From Eledone cirrhosa (taxonomy: Eukaryota), in assembly GCA_964016885.1 (NCBI GenBank), contig OZ024743.1:104346001-104410000 (forward strand): a stretch of 64,000 nucleotides of DNA, written 5' to 3'. A program made the translations under genes and the position numbers. Each line of letters starts with the position of its first letter. The stretch's first letter is position 1. The notes beneath the pieces are model-generated. The model was given only the letters and a program-made list of their open reading frames with translations, made no database searches and had not been told where the DNA came from. Of this stretch, positions 1 through 12,999 are shown in pieces.

Positions 1-163
1 ACAGGTGACGTTGGCACTACAACCACAGGTGTAGGCTGTGGTGGGGGTGATTTTGCCACAGGTGACGTTGGCACTACAACCACAGGTGTAGGCTGTGGTG
101 GGGGTGATTTTGCCACAGGTGACGTTGGCACTACAACCACAGGTGTAGGCTGTGGTGGAGGTG
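1..163 (-). repeat. 57-bp coding minisatellite (19-aa unit), about 3 copies visible
   Basis: acaggtgacgttggcactacaaccacaggtgtaggctgtggtgggggtgattttgcc recurs at 1, 58 and 115. Confidence 0.9.
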
Positions 164-476
164 GTTGTTTTATCACAGGTGCTGGAGAAATTGTATGCTC
201 TGGTTCTGTAACATGTGTTTGTACCACTGCTGGGGTTTGAGTAACTGTATGTTGAGGCTGTGTTTGCTCTGTCCTTTGTTTTGGTGTAGGTTGTGCTGTT
301 TCTGGTGTTTTTGTTCGCTTCACAGCTGGTTTAGGCTTCCCTGCAAGTGTGGGCCTTGGTGCTGGAGCAGGTTTAGGGGCTGGTGTTGGTTTAGGACCAA
401 TAACTGGCTTTGGTGCTAGAACAGGTTTAGGTGCTGGTACTGGCTTTGGTGCAGGGACAGGCTTAGATGGCTCCAT
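1..476 (-). CDS. First coding exon (partial, runs off window) of an unidentified Pro/Thr/Val-rich repetitive protein: MEPSKPVPAPKPVPAPKPVLAPKPVIGPKPTPAPKP...(PPPQPTPVVVVPTSPVAKS)n
   Basis: Manual translation of the minus strand shows an open frame from ATG at 476 to the window edge. The ATG has good context (caagATGG) and an in-frame TAA 9 nt upstream. PAPKP repeats vary at synonymous positions. A candidate acceptor (tctttcAG) lies at 578-580, implying a ~100-nt 5'UTR part. The ORF track misses it because there is no stop in the window. Confidence 0.7.
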   Translation of the reverse strand, partial: MEPSKPVPAPKPVPAPKPVLAPKPVIGPKPTPAPKPAPAPRPTLAGKPKPAVKRTKTPETAQPTPKQRTEQTQPQHTVTQTPAVVQTHVTEPEHTISPAPVIKQPPPPQPTPVVVVPTSPVAKSPPPQPTPVVVVPTSPVAKSPPPQPTPVVVVPTSP

Positions 477-635
477 CTTGTTTTATTTCTGTGTTTATAT
501 ATATATATATATATATATATATTCCTTTTCCAGGTATTCTCTCAGAATCTATAGGATCTGCTTTGGTTTGCCCTTTTCTGAAAGAGATAAAGAATTTGTG
601 CTATTATTGTTATTATTGATAATAAAAGGAATTAT

Positions 636-850
636 GGATTGGCAGAATCAGTAGATCATTGGATAACAATCTTTGCAGCATATAGTTAAGACCCTTTATG
701 TTCAGAGTTCAAATCCTGCTGAGGTTACCTTTGTCTTTCATTCTTATTGGTATGAAAAAAATAAGTACCAGTAACACTGAGGTCGATTTAATCAGCTTCC
801 CCTTCCCTTCAAATTGCTGGCCTTGGGCCAAGAGTAGAAACAATTATTGT
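636..850 (+). mobile_element. Meta-domain-type tRNA-derived SINE, diverged copy
   Basis: ggattggcag...gagttcaaatcc (B box)...tttcattc...aagtacc...ctggccttg...agtagaaacaattatt; same family as the copies at 2.6, 18.9, 21.3, 36.1, 38.4 and 57.4 kb. Confidence 0.75.
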
Positions 851-1430
851 TGTTGTTTTTCTAAGTTCAAATCCTTCTGATCAGGAAAGGGTTGACCTTA
901 AATTTCATAACTCTGGGGTCAATAAAATAATTACTGTTCAAGAAGTGGTTGGGTGGGGTTATAAAGAGAACTTGGTTCTTAGCACATAAAACAGACACAC
1001 ACGTAACTAGATAGATGTGGACACACAAGTTACCCCCTCCCCACCATATATATATATATATAAATAAATAAATGGTTATTAATTGCCAAGAAGTTCACAG
1101 GGTATTTAATAAATATAAATATGGTGCCAGGAAAAAACTAGGCAGGAAGATGTGGACAGAATAAGGATTTATTGTGTATTCTATATTTAACATATGTTTC
1201 TGTACTATTACATAATAGTCTACATCCACTGACTACATTATATAATGTTTATTCGTATGCATTGTGTCTGGAATTGCACTTCATCAGAAAGAGAATTAAT
1301 AGGGAAAAAATTGGTTATATTCTTAGTTGTGAGTTCCACATTTCTGCAATAAGCATCGCTTACTGCTGACAAAGCTAATATACAAATTCTATTTTGGAAT
1401 ATAGAGAAAATCGGACTCAAAATATAATAT

Positions 1431-1891
1431 ACTAGCAGTGGTACCCGGTGTTGCACGGGATAAAGTATTTTGGAACGCGGGCCACCAACAGACCTAATCG
1501 TGGAAAAACTGCATGCCTGGACAATATGTAAAGAAAATAAACCGAATACGCTGATGACTGGATAATCTTTAAAATTTTCCCCGATGAAGCAGGAAAAATG
1601 CAGGTTTTCACCTAATGCAGGCCCTAGGAGATCAAGAAAATGAATTTTTATTATGTGCATAATATGCCTTGAAATTTCGGGAAAATCGGCTAGGCCTCAA
1701 AAAAGCCCTAAAAAGCTGAAAAAACCCAGTTTTTCACATAATGCAGGCCCTAGGGGATCAAAAAGTTGAATTTAATGTGCATAACACTCCCTGAAACATA
1801 AATAATACACATGTAAAGTTTGAAAAAAATCGGTTGGATACTTCTCGAGTTTTAGGGATTCAAACACACAGACAGACATCCTCAGTTTTAT
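1431..1891 (+). mobile_element. Non-autonomous Helitron/Helentron-like (HINE-type) element; second copy at 41996-42435
   Basis: Begins actagcagtggtacccggtgttgcacggg and ends cagacagacatcctcagttttata; highly similar dispersed copy; family assignment from terminal motif resemblance. Confidence 0.6.
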
Positions 1892-2289
1892 ATCTCTTTT
1901 ACAGGGGGTTACAGGCCAAATGATCCCCCCCCCCCCACACCGCATACAAATCTAGTAAAAGAAATAAGGAGATGAGGCACATCTTTGATGACTGGAATTA
2001 AGAACCAGAATATTAACACTTTTATGACCATATTTATAATGAAGTTGACTCTATTTCAACAACCCTGAGCACCTTTTTCAATTCCATATGTCTAACACCC
2101 GTGGACATCATCATCATCATCATCATCATCGTTTAACGTTCATCTTCCACGCTAGCATGGGTTAGACGGGAGTTGTCCCAATGTCTCGCTCATATAGGAC
2201 TATCTGGCAGGTTTTCTACAGCTGGATGCCCTTCCTAACACCAATGCTTTCATGCTTACAAAATCAGAAAACAGAACAGCTCCCATGAC

Positions 2290-2580
2290 TTTCATTTTTT
2301 CATGCTCAGAGTTGCTGAAGAATGGAACAAACTACCTGCATCAGTTGTTAACTGTTGGGACACTGCATCCTTCAAAGCTTCCATGCTTCCTTAAATTCGC
2401 CAACACTACATCTGATGTTCCCTCTCTATACACACACACGCATGCGTGTGCCTGTGTGTATATCTTGACTCATACTGCTCACTTTCCTGACAATTGTACA
2501 TTATTCTATGTACTATACATGTACCTTTGATGTGTTGTAGTGCACCTGAGCACTGTACACAATAATTTTCATTATTATTT
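2290..2580 (+). mobile_element. CR1/L2-type LINE 3' end; second copy at 6255-6520
   Basis: Encodes WNKLPASVV...DTASFK, the typical CR1 C-terminal WNxLP motif, followed by a shared 3'UTR and an (ATT)n tail. Confidence 0.65.
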
Positions 2581-2630
2581 TTTTTTAAATAATGAACAAT
2601 TTGGTGAAAATTATTCATTATTTCCTTAAG

Positions 2631-2800
2631 TATCGGTAGAGAGTCTGACACCATGCTTTGAAGAATAGTTACGTCCCTTTATGATCTGAGTTCAAATCCC
2701 GCCGAGGTTAACATTGCCTTTCATCCTTACGGGGTCGATAAAATAAAGTACCAATAATGTACTGGGTATTTGCTGGCCTTGTGCCAAAAGTAGAAACAAT
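2631..2800 (+). mobile_element. Meta-type SINE with TSD attatttccttaag
   Basis: ttcaaatcccgccgaggttaacattgcctttcatccttacggggtcgataaaataaagtacc core; direct repeat on both flanks. Confidence 0.85.
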
Positions 2801-3649
2801 TATTTCCTTAAGATGGTGTTTGTAACAGAACTTTTAACATTCTGTAATGGTTTGTTAATTTAAATGTTTATAGTATTTTTATGAATGGATTAATTTTTGT
2901 GAAAATTTGCAGCATTAGAGTAAAGACTTTAATTCTTTATATGATGTAGTCATGGTTTTATTTTGTACTTTTTCAAGAATATTTTTGCTAATGCTTTTTC
3001 CTGTGGTAAAGGAAGTTAAGTTAAAGAAAAGCGCTATATTCAATTTTGTAGAAATATTTTAATTCAAATAGCAACTCTTTAAAATGGGTTGTTTTATTTT
3101 ATAGAAACAGAGCTGGTTTGGGGTGGGTTGGTATTGAAAAGGTTATCAAAACTACCAGAGTTGTCTTCCTTCACCACATCACCTACAACATTGGTATAGA
3201 CACTTTCACACCATTAAACACACACACACACCCACCACCACAAACAACAAGCACTCCCAACACATACACCCCAAACTTAAACACACCACCACCATCACCA
3301 CTACACACACATACCATATACACCACTACATCCACTATATAACACCACACACACGCACACACCACCACCACCACAACTACACTCACCCACTGCCATCACA
3401 CATACACGCAACATATATAAACACCCACCTCCTCTATCACCATATGCATCCCTCCACACACCACCACCACTATACTCCCTCCATAAACCACCACCATACA
3501 CATATACACATATAAATATACACCACCACCAGCAACTCTCCAGTTATATGCATGGTGAGTATTTAAAGAATTTGGCTTTTTCAGGAAATCACAGCAGTGG
3601 AATTAACAATTTCATTCTTTCTTTATTCTTCTTCTTTTTTTTCTTTCTT

Positions 3650-5875
3650 TTAACACTTTTGATGCTAAGCTGTTTCAAACCATAACTGATATCATAATAC
3701 AAAACTGTCTTAACACTTTTGATACCAAACCATTTTAAACCATAACTGATATCATAATACAAAACTGTCTTAACACTTTTGATACCAAACCATTTTAAAC
3801 CATAACTGATATCATAATACAAAACTGTCTTAACACTTTTGATATCAAACTGTTTCAAACCATAACTGATATCATAATACAAAACTGTTTTAACACTTTT
3901 GATACCAAACCATAATTGATGTCATAATACAAAACTGTTTAACACTTTTGATACCAAACCATTTTAAACCATAACTGATATCATAATACAAAACTGTTTT
4001 AACACTTTTGATATCAAACTGTTTCAAACCATAACTGATATCATAATACAAAACTGTCTTAACACTTTTGATATCAAACCATAATTGATGTCATAATACA
4101 AAACTGTTTAACACTTTTGATACCAAACCATTTTAAACCATAACTGATATCATAATACAAAACTGTCTTAACACTTTTGATATCAAACTGTTTCAAACCA
4201 TAACTGATATCATAATACAAAACTGTCTTAACACTTTTGATATCAAACTGTTTCAAACCATAACTGATATCATAATACAAAACTGTTTTAACACTTTTGA
4301 TACCAAACCATAATTGATGTCATAATACAAAACTGTTTAACACTTTTGATACCAAACCATTTTAAACCATAACTGATATCATAATACAAAACTGTCTTAA
4401 CACTTTTGATATCAAACTGTTTCAAACCATAACTGATATCATAATACAAAACTGTCTTAACACTTTTGATATCAAACTGTTTCAAACCATAACTGATATC
4501 ATAATACAAAACTGTCTTAACACTTTTGATATCAAACTGTTTCAAACCATAACTGATATCATAATACAAAACTGTCTTAACACTTTTGATATCAAACTGT
4601 TTCAAACCATAACTGATATCATAATACAAAACTGTCTTAACACTTTTGATATCAAACTGTTTCAAACCATAACTGATATCATAATACAAAACTGTCTTAA
4701 CACTTTTGATATCAAACTGTTTCAAACCATAACTGATATCATAATACAAAACTGTCTTAACACTTTTGATATCAAACTGTTTCAAACCATAACTAATATC
4801 ATAATACAAAACTGTCTTAACACTTTTGATATCAAACTGTTTCAAACCATAACTGATATCATAATACAAAACTGTCTTAACACTTTTGATATCAAACTGT
4901 TTCAAACCATAACTGATATCATAATACAAAACTGTCTTAACACTTTTGATATCAAACTGTTTCAAACCATAACTGATATCATAATACAAAACTGTCTTAA
5001 CACTTTTGATATCAAACTGTTTCAAACCATAACTGATATCATAATACAAAACTGTTTTAACACTTTTGATACCAAACCATAATTGATGTCATAATACAAA
5101 ACTGTTTAACACTTTTGATACCAAACCATTTTAAACCATAACTGATATCATAATACAAAACTGTCTTAACACTTTTGATATCAAACTGTTTCAAACCATA
5201 ACTGATATCATAATACAAAACTGTCTTAACACTTTTGATATCAAACTGTTTCAAACCATAACTGATATCATAATACAAAACTGTTTTAACACTTTTGATA
5301 CCAAACCATAATTGATGTCATAATACAAAACTGTTTAACACTTTTGATACCAAACCATTTTAAACCATAACTGATATCATAATACAAAACTGTCTTAACA
5401 CTTTTGATATCAAACTGTTTCAAACCATAACTGATATCATAATACAAAACTGTCTTAACACTTTTGATATCAAACTGTTTCAAACCATAACTGATATCAT
5501 AATACAAAACTGTTTTAACACTTTTGATACCAAACCATAATTGATGTCATAATACAAAACTGTTTAACACTTTTGATACCAAACCATTTTAAACCATAAC
5601 TGATATCATAATACAAAACTGTTTTAACACTTTTGATACCAAACCATAATTGATGTCATAATACAAAACTGTTTAACACTTTTGATACCAAACCATTTTA
5701 AACCATAACTGATATCATAATACAAAACTGTTTTAACACTTTTGATATCAAACTGTTTTAAACCATAACTGATATCATAATACAAAACTGTTTTAACACT
5801 TTTGATAAACTGTTTCAAACTATAACTGATATCATAATACAAAACTGTGTTAACCCTTTCGATACCAAACCACAA
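3650..5875. repeat. 60-bp satellite array with 59- and 49-bp variant monomers and a ~229-bp higher-order unit
   Basis: ttaacacttttgatatcaaactgtttcaaaccataactgatatcataatacaaaactgtc repeated; identical ORFs at 5057 and 5286 give the 229-bp period. Confidence 0.97.
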
Positions 5876-6984
5876 AACTATTTGATACCAAACAACTTCA
5901 ATATGCCCCTAATTCTGTGATACAAAACTGTTTTAATCCATATGATACTTACATGTATATATTTATATCCATATTCACATACGCATATATTTATACACAT
6001 ATACTGATACTATAATACAAAACTGTTTATTTTTACCTTTATGATTCCAAACCACCTTTAACTCTACAATACAAAACTGTTTGTTTTAAAACATGTATAT
6101 ATATCTATTAAAACCTTCATCATAATTTTATGTAAGAATCTTAGTTAAGTTATGTTCCAAACACTAACTTAATAATGTTTTCCAGCATAGGCACAAGGCC
6201 AGAAACTTTCAGAGGTAGGGAAAGTCAATTATAACAATCCTGGTACTTAACCAGGAAAGCATGGAACAAACTACCTGCATCAGTTGTTAGCTGTCGAGAC
6301 ACTGCATCCTTTAAAACCTCCATGCTTCCCGAGATTCGCCAACACTACACCTAATGTTCCCCCTCCATACACATACACACATGTATATCATGACTTATAC
6401 ACTATTCACTTCCCTGACATTTGTATATTATTCTATGTACTATACATGCACCTTTGACGAGTTGTAGTGCACCTGAGCACTTTACACAATAATTTCATCA
6501 TTATTATTATTATTATTACTTTAGTTTATTAACCCTGGGAAAGATGAAAGGCAAAGTTGACCTTGGCAGGATTTGAACTCAGAATGTAGAAAGTCATAAC
6601 CAAATGCTGCAAAGCATTTTGTCCAATGCTCTAACAATACTGCCAATCCACAGCACTCAAATATCAACTTAATAAATAATAGGAAATACTTGGTTGTTTT
6701 CAAAATTATTTAAAAACCTTAGAAATTGTCTTTCATTAGAATTATGATAACAAAATAGTTAAAGTGTTTATATTTATCAAAAAACATTTATCATAATGTT
6801 ATGTAAGAACCTTTAAGTTATGTTCCAAACACCAGCTTTATAATAAGAAAGGTTAGTTGAGTGGAATATTATAGGCAGTATTTTTCCATGAAAATATGGT
6901 AATATAAGAATTAATATACCCCCACCACCCTTACCAGCATCATCAAATACATATAGTTATTACATACCAGGACATATGTAGATT

Positions 6985-8666
6985 TAGCAGTTGTTGTTTT
7001 TGCCGCTGTTATTGTTCATTTTAATGATGATGATAACAATGTTGTTAGTAGAGTTGTTATTATTGTTGTTGCTAGTGTTGTTGTTGTCAGTGGTGGTGGT
7101 GGTGGTACTGATACTGTTGTTGTTGGGGATGGTGTTGATGCTGTTGTTGGTGGTACTGATGCTGCTGTTGTTGGGGATGGTGTTGATGCTTTTGTTGGTG
7201 GTACTGATGCTGCTGTTGTTGTTGTTGGGGATGTTGATGCTGTTGTTGATGTTGTTGTTGTTGTTGCTGCTGGTACTGATGCTGTTGTTGTTGTTGGGGT
7301 TGTTGTTGGTGGTGGTGGTGTTGTTGGTGGTGGTACTGATGCTGTTGTTATTAGTGTTGTTGTTGTTGTTGTTGTTAATGGTGGTACTGATGATGATGTA
7401 GATACTGAAGATGAAGGTTGTTGATGCTGATGAGATGGGTGCTGCTGTTGTTGTTGTTTTTGCTGATTGTGCTGATGACAAAGATGATGATGATGATGAT
7501 GATGATGACGACGACGATGGTGGTGTTTATGTTGTTGTTATTGTTGACAATGTTATTAGTGTTGTTGTGATTGATTGTTGCTAATTGTTGCTGCTGTTGT
7601 TATTGTTGTTGATAATTGTTGTTGTTGTTGTTGTTGCTGTTGATTGCTGTTGCTATTATTGATGCTGTTGTTGTTGAGGCTGTTGTTAAGTATTGCAGCT
7701 GTTGTTGCTGTTGTTGTTGTTGTTGTTGGCGCTATTGGTACTGTTGACACTGTCACTGTTGTCGTTGTTAGTGTTGTTGTTGCTGTTGTTGTTGTCATTG
7801 AGTCCAGTTATCATTAACACTAATAATATTGTTGTTATTGTTAATGATGATGATGATGATGCCTTTGCTGCTGCTGCTGCTGTTGTTGTTGTTGTTGTTG
7901 ACTCCAGTGCACTCAGTAGAATGCAGGAATGTATGCAAGCAAGATACGGCACCCAGGGACTGTCTGAGAGGTCAGTAGCTCCGATTAAGTACCAACTCGG
8001 TCTGTGGTCACCTGCCTGGCCCTTACTAGCAAGGTAAATGATGATAATGTCCCTACAGTTGTTAGTACTGTTACTGTTATCCTTGATTGCTGCTGTTGGT
8101 GTTGTTGTCATTCACTGCTGCTGCTGCTGCTGTTGTTGTTTTTGTCATTCAATTTTGTTATAGTTGTTGATTCCAATGTTGTCACGGTTGTTGTTAGTGT
8201 TGTTGTTGTTGTTGTTGTTGTTGTTGTCATTGAGTGTTGTTGCTGTTGTTTTTGTGTCTGCTGCTGTGTTTATTATTGAAGTTGCTGCTGTTGTAGTGAA
8301 CATTATTGTAATACGTGTATAAGTATATGTATATAAGTATATGTATATGTGTAAGTATATGTATATATGTGTAAGTATACGTGTATGTGTATATGCCTAA
8401 GTTTTTAAGTATATGTGTATGTGAATATGGATATAAATATATACGTGTAAGTATATGTGTATAAATATATGTATGTAAATATATGTGTGTAAATATATAT
8501 GTATAAATATGTGTTTATGTATCTATATTTCACAGTACCTCACAAGTTTATTGTAGTAGGACTAAATATCAAATGACTCTACAGGACAATTGGGAAAAAT
8601 AAAATAAAATAAAAAAAAACACAAAAATAAACAAGACCTAACAAACAGACACACACACACACACAC

Positions 8667-8715
<49 letters not shown>

Positions 8716-9210
8716 TATGTATATATATATATATATAACAGTAAGAACAACCTCCCCCTCCTCCCTCCTTTCATTACAACAAGAACAACAACAATACTAT
8801 TTTTACTGTCTTGTCTAGACTGCTTGAAAATTTGATAGTTAATTGATGGGACATGAAACAAAGGGGGACAACAACAACTGCAACAACAATAACAACATTA
8901 GCAGCAACAGCAGCAACAATAGCAGCAGCAGCAGCAACAACAGTAGCACAAGCAACAACAGAAATTACTACTGTAGCTAGAACAATTACACTGACCAGAA
9001 ATACCATCAACACAAACAACAGAAATTACTATTACAGCTAGGCCAACTATACTGACCACCACCACCACCACCACCACCACCAACACCAACAACAACAACA
9101 ACAACACTAAAAATTACTACTATAGCTAGACCAATTACACTGACCATCACCACCACCAACAGAAACTACTACTATAGCAAAAGCAATGGCACTGGCCCCC
9201 AACAACAACA
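6985..9210. repeat. Low-complexity trinucleotide region ((GTT)n, (GAT)n, (GCT)n, then (CAA)n/(CAC)n) with TA tracts
   Basis: Direct inspection. Confidence 0.9.
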
Positions 9211-9798
9211 AACACAGCAGAGACTACTAGGAAGAATCTCTGTGGTCACTCAATCTACTAGAAATAACAATCAAATCATCCTCATTTCACACCTTCAGTC
9301 TTTTCCTCAAAGACCTTTTTCCCCATTCAAGGGAGGTAAATCTCTAATCTGCAACATCATATGTTACAACATAATCCCCAACTCCAATCCTTGGGTAAGT
9401 GTCTTTTACCAGAACTTCATGTCAACCCATGCCTTGTTAGGGAAATTGGGTTGACGGAAATTATTTGGAAATCTATCCGATGGACTGTATCTGTAATTCC
9501 TAGGGCCAGTCTTGTCTTGCAGAATCTCCCTGAGAACTCATTAAGGATTATACTTGTCTGTTGAATGCTCAGCCACTTGTGCATTAATTTCATGATCCAG
9601 CTTTCCTGTTGATTGAACCATTGGAACTCTCATTATTACAAAAGTCAGAGACCCATTCAATTACAATATTCACCAAGTCAAGGTAGGAACCCAGACTCAG
9701 CTACTGCAAGTTGTAGAACTACAGAGAGAAATTTCAGTCAACTTCTGAATTGAGATAATCATTTCTTGACCATGTTTCTTATGAAATACAATGTATCT

Positions 9799-10715
9799 AA
9801 GTGGTTCCCAAATTGTGTGCTGCAGTGCACTGGTGTGCTGTGAGATATAACTAGATTTGCTGCAAAAACTAAGAGATATGAAAAATACAAACTGAAATTT
9901 GTATGAAAGTTCATTAGTGGTCAAAATGGGAAACAAGTAAAGTTTAGTAACAAGATTTGTGAGAAATGGGTCTAGAGCATTTAAACTGGCCATATCTGGC
10001 TGGAATTCTCTCACCTCTTTCTGTTCAAACCAGCTGCATTGGCCACTCATAATGATGTTAAGGCATTGTTCTCAAAATAAATAACATCAAAATCTCGTAG
10101 ATTCGATATTATGTGAAATAATTATGTAAGATAAAGCCTTTACCACAAAAATACAATAGTATATATAAAGTAATGTAAATGGTAAAGGGTTAACTCTATG
10201 TTATGCTAATATGTATGAAAGCCTCTTTTGAATAAATTTTTGAACTTATGGGATAAAGTGGATCAGCATATTTATACATTTTCATGTCCTCAATTTCCCC
10301 ATGCTTCTTCCCAACCCACCCAAGTTCCCATCCCACACCATGAAATGGTCCCTCTGGAGCTACAACAAGAGTGCCCAGCCCTCACTATATATTGGCCATG
10401 TATGTGTCAACAAAGGCACCCAGTCTACACTGTAAAGTGGTCGTGTTGGTGACTCAACAAAAATGCCCAGTCCATGCTGTAAAGTGGTTGTGCAGGTGTC
10501 ATGACAAAAAGCACCCAGCACATACTGTAACTGTAGTTGGCATTAGGAACGGCATCCAGCCATAGAAACCAAGCCAAAATCAGTCATGTGTGAGCAAAAC
10601 ACAGCCCTCCAACCTGATTTCTCACAAAGGGACAACTTGTCTTACCCATGCTAGCATGGAAAATGGACATTAAATGATGATGATGTCATGAGTAAAAAAC
10701 AATTGGGAACCACTG
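9799..10715. mobile_element. hAT-like MITE containing a nested piggyBac-like MITE (~9975-10189) and an RTE 3'-tail (~10380-10685)
   Basis: Termini (a)agtggttcccaa ... ttgggaaccactg; imperfect 8-bp TSD atgtatct/ttgtagct with central TA. Confidence 0.6.
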
Positions 10716-11167
10716 TTGTAGCTGAATCAATTAACTTTTAATCAATTAACTCTTAATGAAACCACATTAGCAAGGCACTCTAAAAATGGACAAAACAGTA
10801 CTATGAATGCATCACATTAAATATTAAATCCAGCAAATTTTCACAATGATCTGTCTGCTAGTAAAAGTACTATAAATCTCTAAATTAACAAAGCACATGA
10901 AACCACATTAACAAAACATTTATGAAAAATACAAACAGTACTACTGCAAGTTTTCACAACAATCTGTTCACTAGTGAAGATACTATAAACATTTGGATTA
11001 ACAAACACATTTTTAGGTATTGTCTGTTAAACCATTGCAGGATGTTAAGAGTTAATGAACATATGGGAAGCATTAACTAAAATTATGAATTGTTTCATTA
11101 TTAAGATGACATTTGTAATATAACTTAGGTTCTTACATCAAATTACATCTGAAGATTTTTATTTAAA

Positions 11168-11576
11168 CTAGACCACCCGTGACCCGTTGGGTCACATTCG
11201 CTTCAAAATATTTTTAAAAAATCATATTAACTTAAAAATAATTTTTAAATAATTAAAATATGTATATAATGTGAAATGAAACTGGAAGGCCCATATATAT
11301 ATGGTTATACTTGGGGAGGGTCATATTGTTGTAATAATATTGCCAGAATTAATAACAGAACACACTCACTGTTTGGTTGGTTTTCGCTTTTGTATCTTTT
11401 ATAGCAGTTAACTGATATAAAAGATACATAAGTGAAAACCAACCAAACAGTGAGTGTGTTCTGTTATTAATTCTGGCAATATTATTACAACAATATGACC
11501 CTCCCCAAGTATAACAATATTTGTTTTGACGCACGATTTCATATCAAAAACCTCACAAAACAAATATATATATATA

Positions 11577-11607
<31 letters not shown>

Positions 11608-11990
11608 GTGGGTGTCTGTGATCTATATACACTGGTCATAGACACACACATATACACACACAATATATACACAACAACACCATCAGCTCTCTCTCTCTCT
11701 CTCTTCCATTCTCCTTCTCTGTCTCCTCTCCCTCTTTCTATGTCTCTCTTTCAATCTACTCTCTCACAACCACTATCTCTTCCTTTCTATCCTTCTCTCT
11801 CTCTCTGTTTATGAAGGTACTCAGAAACCCCATATCTCGGGAACCCGTGCTTCGATTTACGCGAAACTTGTTTTATTCCATTTGTATTCCCATTTCCGGG
11901 GCAACTTCCCTTTCAAAGTATATTCCCACTATGTGCCCTTTTGGCTGTATTACATTACAGACAAGCGAGCAAGTATACACAGATAGATAG
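11168..11990 (+). mobile_element. Probable Helitron/HINE-like element containing a 212-bp palindrome
   Basis: Starts actagaccacccgtgacccgttgggtcac (5' hairpin) and ends ...agatagatag; internal CT/CA microsatellites. Confidence 0.4.
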
Positions 11991-12284
11991 GAGCCTGTAA
12001 AATAGGAAGTTTTGTTTCATAGAACCAGAGGTAGTTTTTTTGTGGGTTGATATCAAATGGGCTAAGATCTCAACTGAAGGAAGATCCATCACTGGGTTAC
12101 ATCAAGATAATGAAAAACTAATGAGAAGCAATAATAATAATTATTATAATTGTTTCTGATTAAGGCACAAGGCCAACAATTTCGAGAAAAGGAAAAGTCG
12201 ATTAAATCAACCCCAGTGAATTACTGGTACTCTATCTTATCGACTCCGTAAGGCTGAAAGGCAAAGCTAATAATAATAATAATA

Positions 12285-12990
12285 TTTGAGCATCGCTGAC
12301 CGGACATTATTGTGTTGGGACAAGAAAGACAAATAATGTCAGATGTAGCCATACCAAATGACATGAATATTATGAGTAATGAGATTGAAAAAATTACCAA
12401 GTACTCCGAATGGAAAGTGGAGATGGAGAGACTGTTTAGAATGTAAGAGGGAAATGTGAAAGTGATACCTGTTGTAATCGTGATTGGGAATACAATGCAA
12501 GATTGGTGTCATACAAAAATCAGCCTTGCCAGGTACTGCACACATTTTATAGAAAGTATTATGTCTGAAGTCATCGAATTGGCAGAGTCGTTAGACCATC
12601 AGATAGAGTACTTTGAAGTATTCATTTTGGCTCTCTGTTCTTTGAGTTCAAATCCCAAGGTCAACTTTGCCTTTCATCCATTCAAGGTCAATAAAAAAAG
12701 GACCAGTCCAGTACTGGGGTCAATTCTTCCTCTATATCTCTTTTGTACTTTCCTTCTTTCACTCTCTATCTTTCTTTGGAAAACATCTGCTGTATTCAGA
12801 CCGGGAGAGGAGATAGGCTCTGCCAGGCTTAAAAAATTCCATATAAATGCTGTATGTCAATACAGCATTCCTACAATTCCTACGGGAGGTACAAGATGAT
12901 ACATATATTATCTGTCTAGTTGTGACTTGACAGATGACTAAATACTCTGGTGCATTTTTGATCTACACTGCATAATGAAATAATAATAAG
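12285..12990 (+). mobile_element. R4/Dong-clade non-LTR retrotransposon 3' remnant (restriction-like endonuclease), interrupted by a SINE at ~12575-12870
   Basis: Translation EHR*PDIIV...DVAIPNDMNIMSNEIEKITKYSEW...VKVIPVVI...IQKSALPGTAHIL matches the R-PD...D...EK..KY RLE motif; flanked by (TAA)n. Confidence 0.75.
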
Positions 12991-12999
12991 GATTTCTTT

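Noticed and set aside
165-654. Plus-strand Cys/Trp-rich and Gly-Ala ORFs
   Set aside because: Antisense shadows of the minus-strand Pro-rich exon
2840-3020. Penelope RT trace (GKSISKNILEKV) in a repeat also seen at 10800-11050 and 38800-39000
   Set aside because: Similarity is too short and is interrupted by stops; left as an unclassified dispersed repeat
3589-5875. Minus-strand repeat ORFs (up to 253 aa, YYDISYGLKQFDIKSVKTVL)
   Set aside because: A by-product of the 60-bp period; 59- and 49-bp monomers break the frame and there is no synonymous variation
6984-9107. Poly-Asn/Leu/Thr ORFs
   Set aside because: Translations of trinucleotide microsatellites; the same applies to 56580-57950
9674-9860. 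Candidate minus-strand 5'UTR exon (AG/GT-like boundaries)
   Set aside because: Overlaps a hAT MITE terminus and has no independent support
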